Source: Candidatus Poribacteria bacterium
Lineage (GTDB): Bacteria > Poribacteria > WGA-4E > WGA-3G
Assembly (NCBI GenBank): GCA_965198235.1
Contig: OZ240248.1
Location: 2,848,001-2,912,000 of the forward strand
Length of the DNA stretch: 64,000 nucleotides
Direction: 5' to 3'
A program made the position numbers and the translations under genes. The number at the start of each line of letters is the position of its first letter. Position 1 is the first letter of the stretch. Shown here in pieces: positions 39,056 through 48,694 of this stretch. The notes beneath the pieces were generated by a model. That model had not been told where the DNA came from and did no database searches. It was given only the letters and a program-made list of their open reading frames with translations.

Positions 39056-40774
39056 ATGAAAAAGCGAAACCTATTCCACAAGTGCTTTCTTCCCACAACA
39101 CCGAGTTCAGTCGTCGAACGCATAAGGCATTATCGACGAAGCCTGTTCTCAATACTAACCCTCGGCGTATTTCTATCGGGATACTTAGGTCTGTTTGGCG
39201 AAGAAGTCGAGCGGACGCCGCCTGCCCCCGCGGAATTCACTTTCGATCAGTACGAGATCGTTATTGGCTCCGCGAAACGCCAGACCGTTCTGACGGGATT
39301 TCTTCTCGGTGGTGATTTCGCGGAACTTGCCGTGGTGCACATCGACGAGAACGATGATCGTCGTTTGCGCATTTACGCGTTCGATGACAACACTTGGGCA
39401 CTAAGACTCGACGCAACGCTGCGTTCCGAAGTATTGTTCGTCGATGTAGCAAATATTGACGGACGCGACCGACTAATTACGTACGAACGCGGCCGTCTGA
39501 GCTGGTTTGATCCCGAATCGGCGACGGAACGCGCGCTGGTGGCGGTTACTTCTAACTTCAAGCCGCCTCGCAGCGGCGAAATCCCCCATGTAGACATCAC
39601 GCGGGACGTGAACGCCGACAACCGCGACGATCTGGTGGTGCCTGACTTAGATGGATTCTCGGTGTTCATCCAGATGAGCGACGGCACGTTCGCTGATCCA
39701 GTGAAACTCGGTCCGTCCACTGAAATGGAAAGAATCCTCGGAGCCGACGGATATCGGTATGACCCTTGGTCTCAGAGCCGTGTCTATGAAATCGACTATG
39801 ACAGAGATGGTCGCACCGACCTTGTGTTCTGGAACGAGGACCACTTCAAGGTTCATCTCCAGGACGAGCGCGGGCTGTTTGCACCGAAGCCCAGAACCTT
39901 CATGACCGATGTGGCATTCGACTCTGACCGGCTCTCCGCACTCGCCACCGGGGACATGATAGGAAAAGTGCTGCACTCGTTGGGAGACCTGAACGGCGAC
40001 GGCATCGCCGACTTGGTGGTTTTCAAACTTTCGGGCAAGGACATCTCTAAAAAGCACACCACCTACGAGGTGCATTTCGGCGCGCCAACACCCGATGGTG
40101 GCACCCTGTTCTCACGGAGCGTTGACATCGCGTTCCAGTCAGACGAGAGAATCCAGCTCGGGATGGAACAGCACGACTTCGATCACGATGGCAAGGTCGA
40201 CCTTATGATCCCGACCATCGATATCGAGTTCCTCAAAGGCAGCCTCTGGAAAAGCATCAAGGGGTTCATGGGGGATGATGTCTGGCTGGATATCGAGTTC
40301 TACCAAATGGAAGAAGGCCGCTACCCCAGCACACCCAACACCATCCGCAGAATCGCGTTGGACGGAGTGCCCAGCCATCGCGAGCCGGGGTGGGTGCCAC
40401 TGGACATCATGCTTCGAGGGGGAACACACGAGAGACGGAACACTCAAAAGAGTTACCCGCGCGCGTTCAACACAACTTTGCGCATCGGGGATGTGACCGG
40501 CGACGGCCGCTCAGACTTGCTCCTCGCGGATCACCCTCGGATCATGGGTGTCCTCGTCGGCGTGCCGGGGCCGGAAATATTCGCCCAGCGGCCTCAGGGG
40601 GTGGCGATCGCCCCTCCCAACGACGAGGAATACACCTGGCTGGTGGACCTCAACAAGGATGGGGTGCAGGATATCCTTATGCATCATCCATTCACACTAC
40701 GGGATGCTCACGGAGCTCCGATACAACCTCCGGGAACCGAACCGCATCGGGTGACGATGCTGATCGCCCGGTAA
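39056..40774 (+). CDS. FG-GAP/VCBS repeat exported protein 1
   Basis: DVNADNRDDL, DYDRDGRTDL, DLNGDGIADL, DVTGDGRSDL, DLNKDGVQDI. Confidence 0.88.
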   Translation: MKKRNLFHKCFLPTTPSSVVERIRHYRRSLFSILTLGVFLSGYLGLFGEEVERTPPAPAEFTFDQYEIVIGSAKRQTVLTGFLLGGDFAELAVVHIDENDDRRLRIYAFDDNTWALRLDATLRSEVLFVDVANIDGRDRLITYERGRLSWFDPESATERALVAVTSNFKPPRSGEIPHVDITRDVNADNRDDLVVPDLDGFSVFIQMSDGTFADPVKLGPSTEMERILGADGYRYDPWSQSRVYEIDYDRDGRTDLVFWNEDHFKVHLQDERGLFAPKPRTFMTDVAFDSDRLSALATGDMIGKVLHSLGDLNGDGIADLVVFKLSGKDISKKHTTYEVHFGAPTPDGGTLFSRSVDIAFQSDERIQLGMEQHDFDHDGKVDLMIPTIDIEFLKGSLWKSIKGFMGDDVWLDIEFYQMEEGRYPSTPNTIRRIALDGVPSHREPGWVPLDIMLRGGTHERRNTQKSYPRAFNTTLRIGDVTGDGRSDLLLADHPRIMGVLVGVPGPEIFAQRPQGVAIAPPNDEEYTWLVDLNKDGVQDILMHHPFTLRDAHGAPIQPPGTEPHRVTMLIAR

Positions 40775-40831
40775 ACCTAAAGGAGATCGGAAGATTTTGA
40801 TAAAAGGTTACTTATATTTTTCGCCTACAGG

Positions 40832-40844
40832 TTAACACTGTTCA
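40832..40844. promoter_or_regulatory. Putative TetR operator, copy 3
   Basis: TTAACACTGTTCA within a duplicated leader. Confidence 0.7.
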
Positions 40845-40891
40845 TTTACTTATCTATGTTAATATATCGAAAAATCCAAAAGGAGAACAAA

Positions 40892-42529
40892 ATGAAAAAG
40901 CGAAACCCATTCCACAAACACTGGATTTCCGAAAAAATTAGTTCCTTGTTTCCACGCACAAGGCATTATCGGCAGAGCCTGTTTTATATACTGATTTTTG
41001 GAGTCCTCCTGTCGGGCTGTTCGGGCTTGCTCGATAAAGATGTCGTTCCGATGCAGCACGCCGCCGCGGAATTGGCTTTTGAGCAGCATAAAGTTGTCAC
41101 CGGGATAGCGAAACACCAAACTGTTTTAACAGGATTCCTGCTCGGTGGTGCTATCGCGGATCTTGCTGTGGTAAGTATTGACGAAAACAATGACCGATAC
41201 CTACATATCTATGCGTGCAACGACGGCACTTGGGTATCGAGAATAGACACAGCGTTGCGTCCCGAAGTCTTGCTCGTTGATGTTGCAAATATCGATGGAC
41301 GTGACCGCTTGATCACGTACGAGCACGGTAAACTGAATTGGTTCGATCCCGAATCGGCGACGGAACATGTGCTGGTGACAGTTCCTTCCATGGTGCCACC
41401 TCCCAGCGACGCCATCCCTCACGTAGACATCACTCACGACGTGAACGCTGATGCCCGTGACGATCTGGTAATACCGGATTCTGACGGCTTCTGGGTGTTC
41501 ATTCAGACGAAAAATAGAGGGTTCACCGATCCAGTGAAACTCGGTCCGCCCACTGAGGTAAATAGAATCTACGATGCCGATGAATATCGACACACGCCGT
41601 GGAATAAAAGCCGTATCCATCAAATGGACTACAACCGAGATGGACAAAATGATCTGGTGTTCTGGAACGCAGACCACTTTGAGGTTCATTACCAAGACGA
41701 GCATGGACTTTTTGCACCAAATGCCAAAACCTTCACAACAGATGTGGCGTTCGATGCCGACGAACTCGCATCGCTCGCTGCACCATACGGCGTTCGTCGA
41801 CGGCGCAGGGATCATCAACCGACCGGAAATCTGACAGGAAGGGTTCTACACGCCTTAACCGACATGAACGGCGACGGCATCGCCGACCTTGGTGTTTTCT
41901 CGCTGAAGGGAGGTGGCCTATGGCACATGCACTCCACCTACGAGGTGCATTTCGGCACGCCGACACCGGATGGCGGCGTTACCTTCGCTTCGGAGGTCAG
42001 CACTGCACTTCAGGTGGACGGCATTCCGTTCACGATGGAACAGCATGACTTGAACCACGACGGGCAGGTCGACATGATGTTCACCACCATCAAACCGCGT
42101 ATCTTCAAAGTTATCGGTATGATTATCGGATCAGTTCTGACGGGTTCCGGGTCGCTGGATCTTGAGTTCTACGGCATGGCGGGCGACATCTATCCTGACA
42201 AGCCGAGCACGACCCGAAAAATCAAATCGTACCCCCCCAGTGAAACAGGTGGAAGAACTGCGTTCTCGTTTGTGCTGATCGGGGATGTCAACGGCGACAA
42301 ACGTTTGGATATGTTAGTGAAGCACGAACCGAAAGAACTCCGCGTCTTTACCGGCGTATCCGGACCACACCTGTTCAATCGAAAACCTCAAAAGGTGGCA
42401 GTAGCCATCCCCAACAACGAAAAATATACTTGGTTAGTAGACATCAATCAGGACGGTAAACAGGATCTTCTCATGTACCACCCGTCCACCACTAAGTCAC
42501 ATTGGATAACACTGCTAATTGCTCAATAA
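40892..42529 (+). CDS. FG-GAP/VCBS repeat lipoprotein 2
   Basis: LSG-C lipobox; repeated DxNxDG motifs; paralog of 39056. Confidence 0.88.
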   Translation: MKKRNPFHKHWISEKISSLFPRTRHYRQSLFYILIFGVLLSGCSGLLDKDVVPMQHAAAELAFEQHKVVTGIAKHQTVLTGFLLGGAIADLAVVSIDENNDRYLHIYACNDGTWVSRIDTALRPEVLLVDVANIDGRDRLITYEHGKLNWFDPESATEHVLVTVPSMVPPPSDAIPHVDITHDVNADARDDLVIPDSDGFWVFIQTKNRGFTDPVKLGPPTEVNRIYDADEYRHTPWNKSRIHQMDYNRDGQNDLVFWNADHFEVHYQDEHGLFAPNAKTFTTDVAFDADELASLAAPYGVRRRRRDHQPTGNLTGRVLHALTDMNGDGIADLGVFSLKGGGLWHMHSTYEVHFGTPTPDGGVTFASEVSTALQVDGIPFTMEQHDLNHDGQVDMMFTTIKPRIFKVIGMIIGSVLTGSGSLDLEFYGMAGDIYPDKPSTTRKIKSYPPSETGGRTAFSFVLIGDVNGDKRLDMLVKHEPKELRVFTGVSGPHLFNRKPQKVAVAIPNNEKYTWLVDINQDGKQDLLMYHPSTTKSHWITLLIAQ

Positions 42530-42547
42530 GCAAAAAGGAGAACAATA

Positions 42548-43084
42548 ATGATACGCTCAATTTTTTGCCTGATTTGTATCTTTTTAGGGGTAACCCTCAG
42601 TTTCCCAGTTCAGGCACAAGGAACTGACCTCACCAAAAATTTCGGTATTGGACTCCAGGGAACCACCCCTGAATTTGGTGGAATTAGTTTTCGCTATACC
42701 GGACTCGCACCCGTATACCTTCAAACCGTTGGACGTTTTATCCTCAACGATCAGAATAGCGACCACATGTTAGGTGCCGGCATTTCGTATGCTATATTTG
42801 AGCACCAAAGCAGGTGGAACCTATCCCGACTCTATTTCACCTTAGAAGGTGCCTGGCGATATGAAAAAAAGCAAGATCTGGACCTGGGACAAGAACTGAC
42901 CAAATCCACGACCCTCGGAGCAGGACTCGCTTTTGGAGGTGAGCTTGTGTTTTCACTCGGAGGGATCCCTCTCGGCTTGAATGTAGAAGTCGGTCAAGGG
43001 TTTGGTAGGGAAAAAACCAGCTCTCAAGATCGAAGAAAACTCGCTGGTGTTTACATAGGCGGGGGCATACATGCCTACTTTTAA
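42548..43084 (+). CDS. Small outer-membrane beta-barrel protein 1
   Basis: Signal peptide AQA, Gly-rich amphipathic strands, C-terminal GIHAYF. Confidence 0.8.
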   Translation: MIRSIFCLICIFLGVTLSFPVQAQGTDLTKNFGIGLQGTTPEFGGISFRYTGLAPVYLQTVGRFILNDQNSDHMLGAGISYAIFEHQSRWNLSRLYFTLEGAWRYEKKQDLDLGQELTKSTTLGAGLAFGGELVFSLGGIPLGLNVEVGQGFGREKTSSQDRRKLAGVYIGGGIHAYF

Positions 43085-44732
43085 AATCCCTTTTGACGTA
43101 GCTTGCAAGCCAAAACTTGCTATTAAAAGTCAGTGCCTGTTCTCCATACTGGTTTTTAGTGTATTCCTGTCGGGATGCTCGGGACTGATCGGCGAAGAGG
43201 TTGAGCTCATGATGCCTGCCGCCGCGGAATTCACTTTCGAGCAGCACGAGGTCGTCACCGGCGCAGCACAACACCAGACCGTTTTGACGGGGTTCTTCCT
43301 TGATGGTGCTGTCGCAGAACTTGCCGTGATAAACGTCGACGAGAACGGCGACCGTCGCTTGTGCATCTACGCATTTGACGATAGCACCTGGGTGCCGAGA
43401 CTCGATGCAACGCTGCGTCCGCAAGTGCTGTTCGTTGACGTAGCCAACATCGGTGGACGCGACCGACTGATGACGTACGAGCGCGGCCGTCTGAACTGGT
43501 TCGATCCCGAATCGGCGACGGAACGCGCGCTGGTGGAAGTCGCTACGAACTACAACGCGGCGGACGAGGACGAAATCCCTCAGATTGACATCACCCGAGA
43601 CGTAAACCGCGACGGTCGTGACGACCTGGTGGTGCCGGATGTCAATGGGTTCTGGATATCCACGCAATTGCGCAACGGCTCGTTCACCGAGCCAGTAAAA
43701 CTCGGTCCTCCCGAACCATTTTTCGACGAGATTGCCTTGGATGATACGCGCAGCTACGGCGAGATCGGTATAACTGCCTTGACCATCCCTTGGTATCTGA
43801 GTCGTGTCCACGAGATGGACTACGATCAGGACGGGCGCAGCGATCTCATGTTCTGGAACAAGGACCATTTCGACGTTTATCGCCAAGATGCTAACGGGAT
43901 GTTTTCTCCAGTGGCAGAGACCTTCACTGTCAACATCCCATTCGATGCTGATGGTGTTTACTCAATCGCCTTCGGATTCAGCGGCGAGAGCGCGTTCTCG
44001 CTCATCTTTGGATTCAGAGAAAACACGAAGCTGACAGTGCTGCACTCGTTCCGCGACGTGAATGGCGATGGTGTCACTGACTTGGTGATCCTCTCGCTGG
44101 AGGGACGAAGCCTACTGAACCAGCGCAGCCTATATGAGGTGCATTTCGGCACACCAACACCCGACGGCATCTTGTTCGCACGGGAGGTTAGCACGGTGAT
44201 CCAACCGCAAGGAACCGGTGGTGCGTTGCAGTACTCGGGATATTCGTCCGTGTGGTTCCAGGATTTCGATGGGGATGGCCAGGCCGACATTATATTCAGA
44301 GACGTAAACATAGGTGTTGGGGGGATAATGCGTGCGCTTCTCGGCAATTCCGTCATGATAGATGTTGAGTTCTATCGCATCGAAGACGGCATCTACCCCA
44401 ACAAGCCAACTACCACGCATAAAATCAGACCCGCCATCAACCCCTTTGACAAACAAAACATATTCTTATCACCGGTACTGATGGGAGATGTGAACGGCGA
44501 CAGACGCTTGGACCTGCTGGTGGGGAAGAGTCGGGAAGAACTGCAAGTCTTTATCGGTGTACCTGGGCCCGACCTGTTGGCGCGGCAGCCCAAAAAGGTC
44601 GCAGTCACCTTGCCTATGGACGAACGGAATACCCAGCTGGTGGACCTCAACAAGGACAACAAGCAGGACATCCTCATGTATCATCCGTCTACTACTGATT
44701 CGCACCGAGTGACACTACTACTCGCTCAATAA
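43071..44732 (+). CDS. FG-GAP/VCBS repeat lipoprotein 3
   Basis: LSG-C lipobox; DxNxDG repeats; start overlaps the barrel gene stop. Confidence 0.85.
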   Translation: MPTFKIPFDVACKPKLAIKSQCLFSILVFSVFLSGCSGLIGEEVELMMPAAAEFTFEQHEVVTGAAQHQTVLTGFFLDGAVAELAVINVDENGDRRLCIYAFDDSTWVPRLDATLRPQVLFVDVANIGGRDRLMTYERGRLNWFDPESATERALVEVATNYNAADEDEIPQIDITRDVNRDGRDDLVVPDVNGFWISTQLRNGSFTEPVKLGPPEPFFDEIALDDTRSYGEIGITALTIPWYLSRVHEMDYDQDGRSDLMFWNKDHFDVYRQDANGMFSPVAETFTVNIPFDADGVYSIAFGFSGESAFSLIFGFRENTKLTVLHSFRDVNGDGVTDLVILSLEGRSLLNQRSLYEVHFGTPTPDGILFAREVSTVIQPQGTGGALQYSGYSSVWFQDFDGDGQADIIFRDVNIGVGGIMRALLGNSVMIDVEFYRIEDGIYPNKPTTTHKIRPAINPFDKQNIFLSPVLMGDVNGDRRLDLLVGKSREELQVFIGVPGPDLLARQPKKVAVTLPMDERNTQLVDLNKDNKQDILMYHPSTTDSHRVTLLLAQ

Positions 44733-44750
44733 ACAAAAGGGAGAAAAATA

Positions 44751-45266
44751 ATGATACGCTCAATTTTTTGCCTGATTTGTATCTTTTTAGGGATCACCCT
44801 CAGTTTTTCAACTCAGGCGCAAGCAGCTGATCTCACTAAAAATTTTGGTGTTGGACTTCAGGGCGCAACCCCCACATTTGGCGGAATTAGTTTCCGCTAT
44901 ACCGGACTCGCACCTGTATATCTTCAAACGGTTGGACGTTTTATCCTCAGCGATCAGAATAGCGACCACATGTTAGGTGCCGGCATTTCGTATGCCATAT
45001 TTGAGCACCAAAGCAGGTGGAACCTATCCCGACTCTATTTCACCTTAGAAGGTGGTTGGCAATTTAAAGAAGAACGGGATATCCTTACCACGACGTTGGG
45101 AGCCGGCATCGCTTTCGGCGGTGAACTTGTGTTTTCTTTTGGAGGCATCCCTTTGGGTTTGAACGTAGAAGCCGGTCAAGGGTTTGGTCGGGAAAAAACC
45201 GGCTTTCAAGATCGAAGAAAACTCGCTGGTGTTTACATAGGCGGGGGCATACACGCCTATTTTTAA
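44751..45266 (+). CDS. Small outer-membrane beta-barrel protein 2
   Basis: Near-identical paralog of 42548. Confidence 0.8.
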   Translation: MIRSIFCLICIFLGITLSFSTQAQAADLTKNFGVGLQGATPTFGGISFRYTGLAPVYLQTVGRFILSDQNSDHMLGAGISYAIFEHQSRWNLSRLYFTLEGGWQFKEERDILTTTLGAGIAFGGELVFSFGGIPLGLNVEAGQGFGREKTGFQDRRKLAGVYIGGGIHAYF

Positions 45267-45298
45267 CGTGAGTCCGATATAAGAAATAGTAGGGCTAT

Positions 45299-45625
45299 TA
45301 GGACTTACGCAATATTGATAGAAATCGAGAGATTCTCGACCTGTCGTCTTATGGAATAGGGTCATAAACTTGACTCATCAAATTTTCATAGCAAACTTCA
45401 TAACAACCTTTGACGAAAACCGCCCAAAACCCAAGCGTGGTATGGATTTATAGCCTTCCGTCAAACCGAATGATTTCTCCGTTTTGCTATGAAAACTATG
45501 AAATTATATGGAATTTACGCAAACTTCCTTGGTTTGCTTGCGAGATTGGAAAATTCAAAGATTCAAAGCGTAGCGGAGGTTTCCATCCTTTCAACCTTCA
45601 ATATCTGTTTTGTGCGTAAGTCCTA
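45299..45625. repeat. MITE, AGGACTTACGCA TIR family, copy 3 (composite)
   Basis: TAGGACTTACGCA...TGCGTAAGTCCTA; internal inverted repeat TTTTCATAGCAAA/TTTGCTATGAAAA. Confidence 0.75.
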
Positions 45626-45892
45626 ATTTATATAACTCTACTGATATTGCTGACTGCTGATTGCTGAAAACTGAATGCCTCTGAAGAAATAGAGGATTCC
45701 ATAGTAGAAAGAAACTCTCTGTGGTATAATGAGGTAAGTAAAACCTTTTCCGTTAACTTCTATACCGTTAACTCGGATTCACGATATTTTTAAATTTCTC
45801 TACCGATACGAATAGAAAAGCGATTAACCTATCAAAGCAGATTGGAGCAACCATGAAAAACTTAAATACCCGAATTTTCCAGAGGTCTAACT

Positions 45893-46777
45893 ATGAACGT
45901 TTTGACCGGTAAAACCGCATTCATCACAGGTGGTGCTCAAGGAATCGGCTTGGGGATCGCTAAAGCCTGCCTGAAAGAAGGGATGCGGGTGGTGATCGCA
46001 GATGTTAAGACTGAGCAACTCAAAGTAGCGGAATCAACTCTGGACAGCCCAGGAAATGTCCTCGCTATCCAACTTGATGTGCGTGATCGGGACGCGATGG
46101 AAGCCGCAGCGGACAAAACAGAGGCAGTGTTTGAAAAAGTGCATGTCGTTTGCAACAACGCCGGCATTGGTCCTGGGGGACCCGTGGTGTCGGTTACATG
46201 GGAAAATTGGCACCGGACGATGGACACGAACCTGCACGGCATATTAAACGGGGTGCAGGTATTCGTCCCACGGATAGCGCGGCATGGGGAAGGTGGACAC
46301 ATCGTCAACACCGCCTCTATCACAGGGTTCGCACAACAGGGACGTGGCGTTCCCTACGGGATCAGCAAAGCCGGGGTCATCGCGTTGACCGAAGTGCTGC
46401 GTGCGGAGTTAGCAAACGAACATGCTAAGGATCGTTGGCAAAACATGTACGGTGCCGGAACTGACCGATGGGCTGGGGACGCACCACCGAAGTCGCTCAT
46501 TTCCGCTTCTGTGCTCTGCCCTGATGCCGTGGATACAGAACTCTCGGTCTTTCACACGAACCCAAAAGATGACGAAGCCACCCGACAACGGAAAATCCAA
46601 TGGCTGAAACGTTTGGACATCCAGCTAATCAAGCCCGATCTGGTCGGTGAACAGGTGGTAAACGGCATTCGCAATGATGAACTTTACATCTTTTGTGATG
46701 GATACGGATCTCGCAGATTGGTTAGGCGGCGCACACAGGCGATGTTGGATGCGTTTGACCGACAGTTCCCTGAATAG
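45893..46777 (+). CDS. Short-chain dehydrogenase/reductase
   Basis: TGGAQGIG, NNAG, YGISK. Confidence 0.92.
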   Translation: MNVLTGKTAFITGGAQGIGLGIAKACLKEGMRVVIADVKTEQLKVAESTLDSPGNVLAIQLDVRDRDAMEAAADKTEAVFEKVHVVCNNAGIGPGGPVVSVTWENWHRTMDTNLHGILNGVQVFVPRIARHGEGGHIVNTASITGFAQQGRGVPYGISKAGVIALTEVLRAELANEHAKDRWQNMYGAGTDRWAGDAPPKSLISASVLCPDAVDTELSVFHTNPKDDEATRQRKIQWLKRLDIQLIKPDLVGEQVVNGIRNDELYIFCDGYGSRRLVRRRTQAMLDAFDRQFPE

Positions 46778-46795
46778 CGTTGCGTTCACACCCAT

Positions 46796-47686
46796 TCAAT
46801 CCAATTTACGATGCGCTGCCTCCCACTCTTCCCACGTCGGTTTACGCCCTTCAGTGAGAACGACAAGCGGCACTCTACTGCCCCTCAGAGCTTTAGTGTT
46901 CACGAATTCGGCGGCTTCACGCGCTTCGGTAGTCAAGTCAGCCGGGTCAGGCGTGGGAAAGTAGCGGAAGTCGATGCTCCAACGGGATTTCCGCGTTGTG
47001 TTCACTTTGCTGGTATGTACGCAAAGGTTCGACATAAACAGCGCACCACCAGGTTTCAGAGGAACAGGCACTGGCGTGCCACGCGCTTCAACATCCTCCT
47101 CCATCCGGACGTTTGAATCCGCACCTCGTGCACCGTCGAGTAAACCCCAACGGTGACTACCCGGGATGACCCAGCAACATCCATTTTCGACCGTCGCTTC
47201 CACCAGCGGCACCCATACCGTAACCATGTGGAGATCGCCTGTGTGCTTCTCTTTTTTTCCGATAGTTGACTGGTCGAGATATTGACTGTCTTGGTGCCAT
47301 GGGAACGAGGTAATCACGCTTCCGGGGAGTTTCGTTCGTAATGCCGGGGTGCCGATATTCGAGACTTCAGGACCCAAGAGAAGGCGAAGCACGTCCAAAA
47401 CACCGGGCAGGTTATAGAGATCGTAAAACTCACGTCCATACATACCAAAAATCCAGTTGCGAGGCAATATATCCAACTCTTCGCAGATAGCAGCATATCG
47501 CCGCTCAAAGGATTCGTCTTCATACCGCGACGATAGCTTCCCTTCACTATACAACTCACGGCTATGCGTATCAACCTTCGCCTTGATAAAGTCGCGAATC
47601 GGCTCTAAATCTCGATCATCAATAAGGTCTCTGACCACAACGTAACCATCACGTTCATAAGAGGTTCTGATTTCCTGATCTGTCAT
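46796..47686 (-). CDS. Phytanoyl-CoA dioxygenase family (PhyH)
   Basis: PWHQD, ENGCCWVIPGSH, VHTS..N...RWSIDFRY. Confidence 0.92.
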   Translation of the reverse strand: MTDQEIRTSYERDGYVVVRDLIDDRDLEPIRDFIKAKVDTHSRELYSEGKLSSRYEDESFERRYAAICEELDILPRNWIFGMYGREFYDLYNLPGVLDVLRLLLGPEVSNIGTPALRTKLPGSVITSFPWHQDSQYLDQSTIGKKEKHTGDLHMVTVWVPLVEATVENGCCWVIPGSHRWGLLDGARGADSNVRMEEDVEARGTPVPVPLKPGGALFMSNLCVHTSKVNTTRKSRWSIDFRYFPTPDPADLTTEAREAAEFVNTKALRGSRVPLVVLTEGRKPTWEEWEAAHRKLD

Positions 47687-47810
47687 CAGTTATTCTCCTT
47701 CCGTCGTTGTTGCGCAATCTCAAGAGATATGCTATCATGAATGCTTAGTGTACGCAATATAATTGAACTTTTCCAACCAACGCACGTCCGAAAACCGTTC
47801 GGGAGATAAT

Positions 47811-48563
47811 TTGGTGAACACAACACGTAAGATTGTCGCAATCGGTGGTGGAGAACTTAAAATGCTGGAAACCGCCGACATTGACAAACGCATCATTGAG
47901 TTGACCGGCAAAACACGACCAAAGGCACTCTTTATTCCAACTGCCAGTGGTGACGCTCCTGGATATGTGGATACCTTTGAGACGTACTACGGCGAGCACT
48001 TCGGGTGTCAAACGCTCACCCTCAACCTGATTCAAAGTCCTCCGACGTTTGAGAAGATGTCGGCATTGGTATTGGATTCAGATCTGATTTATGTCGGTGG
48101 TGGAAATACCTATAGGATGATGAAAATATGGCGACGGTTGGGGTTGGACACTGTGTTAGCGGAAGCAACATCCCGCGGTATTGTCCTGTCGGGGCTCAGT
48201 GCAGGTGCGATCTGCTGGTTCAAATGCGGTTGCAGTGATTCTCGTTCCTTCTCCAGCAACTTAGAGTGGGACTATATCCGTGTGAGTGGGTTGGGATTCA
48301 TCAATGCTGTATACTGTCCTCATTATCACAGCGAGAAGAGGGAAGATGCCTTTTCAAAGATGATTGCAAAACGGGGTGGTATCGGAATTGCCTGCGATAA
48401 CAACGCCGCAATTGAGATTGTTGGAAACCATTACCGCGTACTTACCTCTGATCCGAATGCAAAGGCATACAAACTCTTCAAGCGGAACGGGCGCGCCGTT
48501 ATTGCGGAATTACCTCGAAACAGTCAATACAGCTCCTTAGCCAACCTCTTGAAGCGGAGATAA
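47811..48563 (+). CDS. Peptidase E (S51 family)
   Basis: IVAIGGG, FIPTASGD, YVGGGNT, GLSAGA, CPHY; start codon uncertain. Confidence 0.9.
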   Translation: MVNTTRKIVAIGGGELKMLETADIDKRIIELTGKTRPKALFIPTASGDAPGYVDTFETYYGEHFGCQTLTLNLIQSPPTFEKMSALVLDSDLIYVGGGNTYRMMKIWRRLGLDTVLAEATSRGIVLSGLSAGAICWFKCGCSDSRSFSSNLEWDYIRVSGLGFINAVYCPHYHSEKREDAFSKMIAKRGGIGIACDNNAAIEIVGNHYRVLTSDPNAKAYKLFKRNGRAVIAELPRNSQYSSLANLLKRR

Positions 48564-48694
48564 TATCAAATTTCTTTGGATTATAACTGTCGGGCTATTC
48601 AGTTCTTCTGTAGGAGGGAATTCCGATTCCCGACACCTCACTGTAACACCTATTGATTCTTTTAACCGATTTCATACACAAAGAGGAAGCAAAC

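Noticed and set aside
42837-43886. 349-aa minus-strand ORF
   Set aside because: Antisense to the FG-GAP and barrel genes, with no recognisable motifs.
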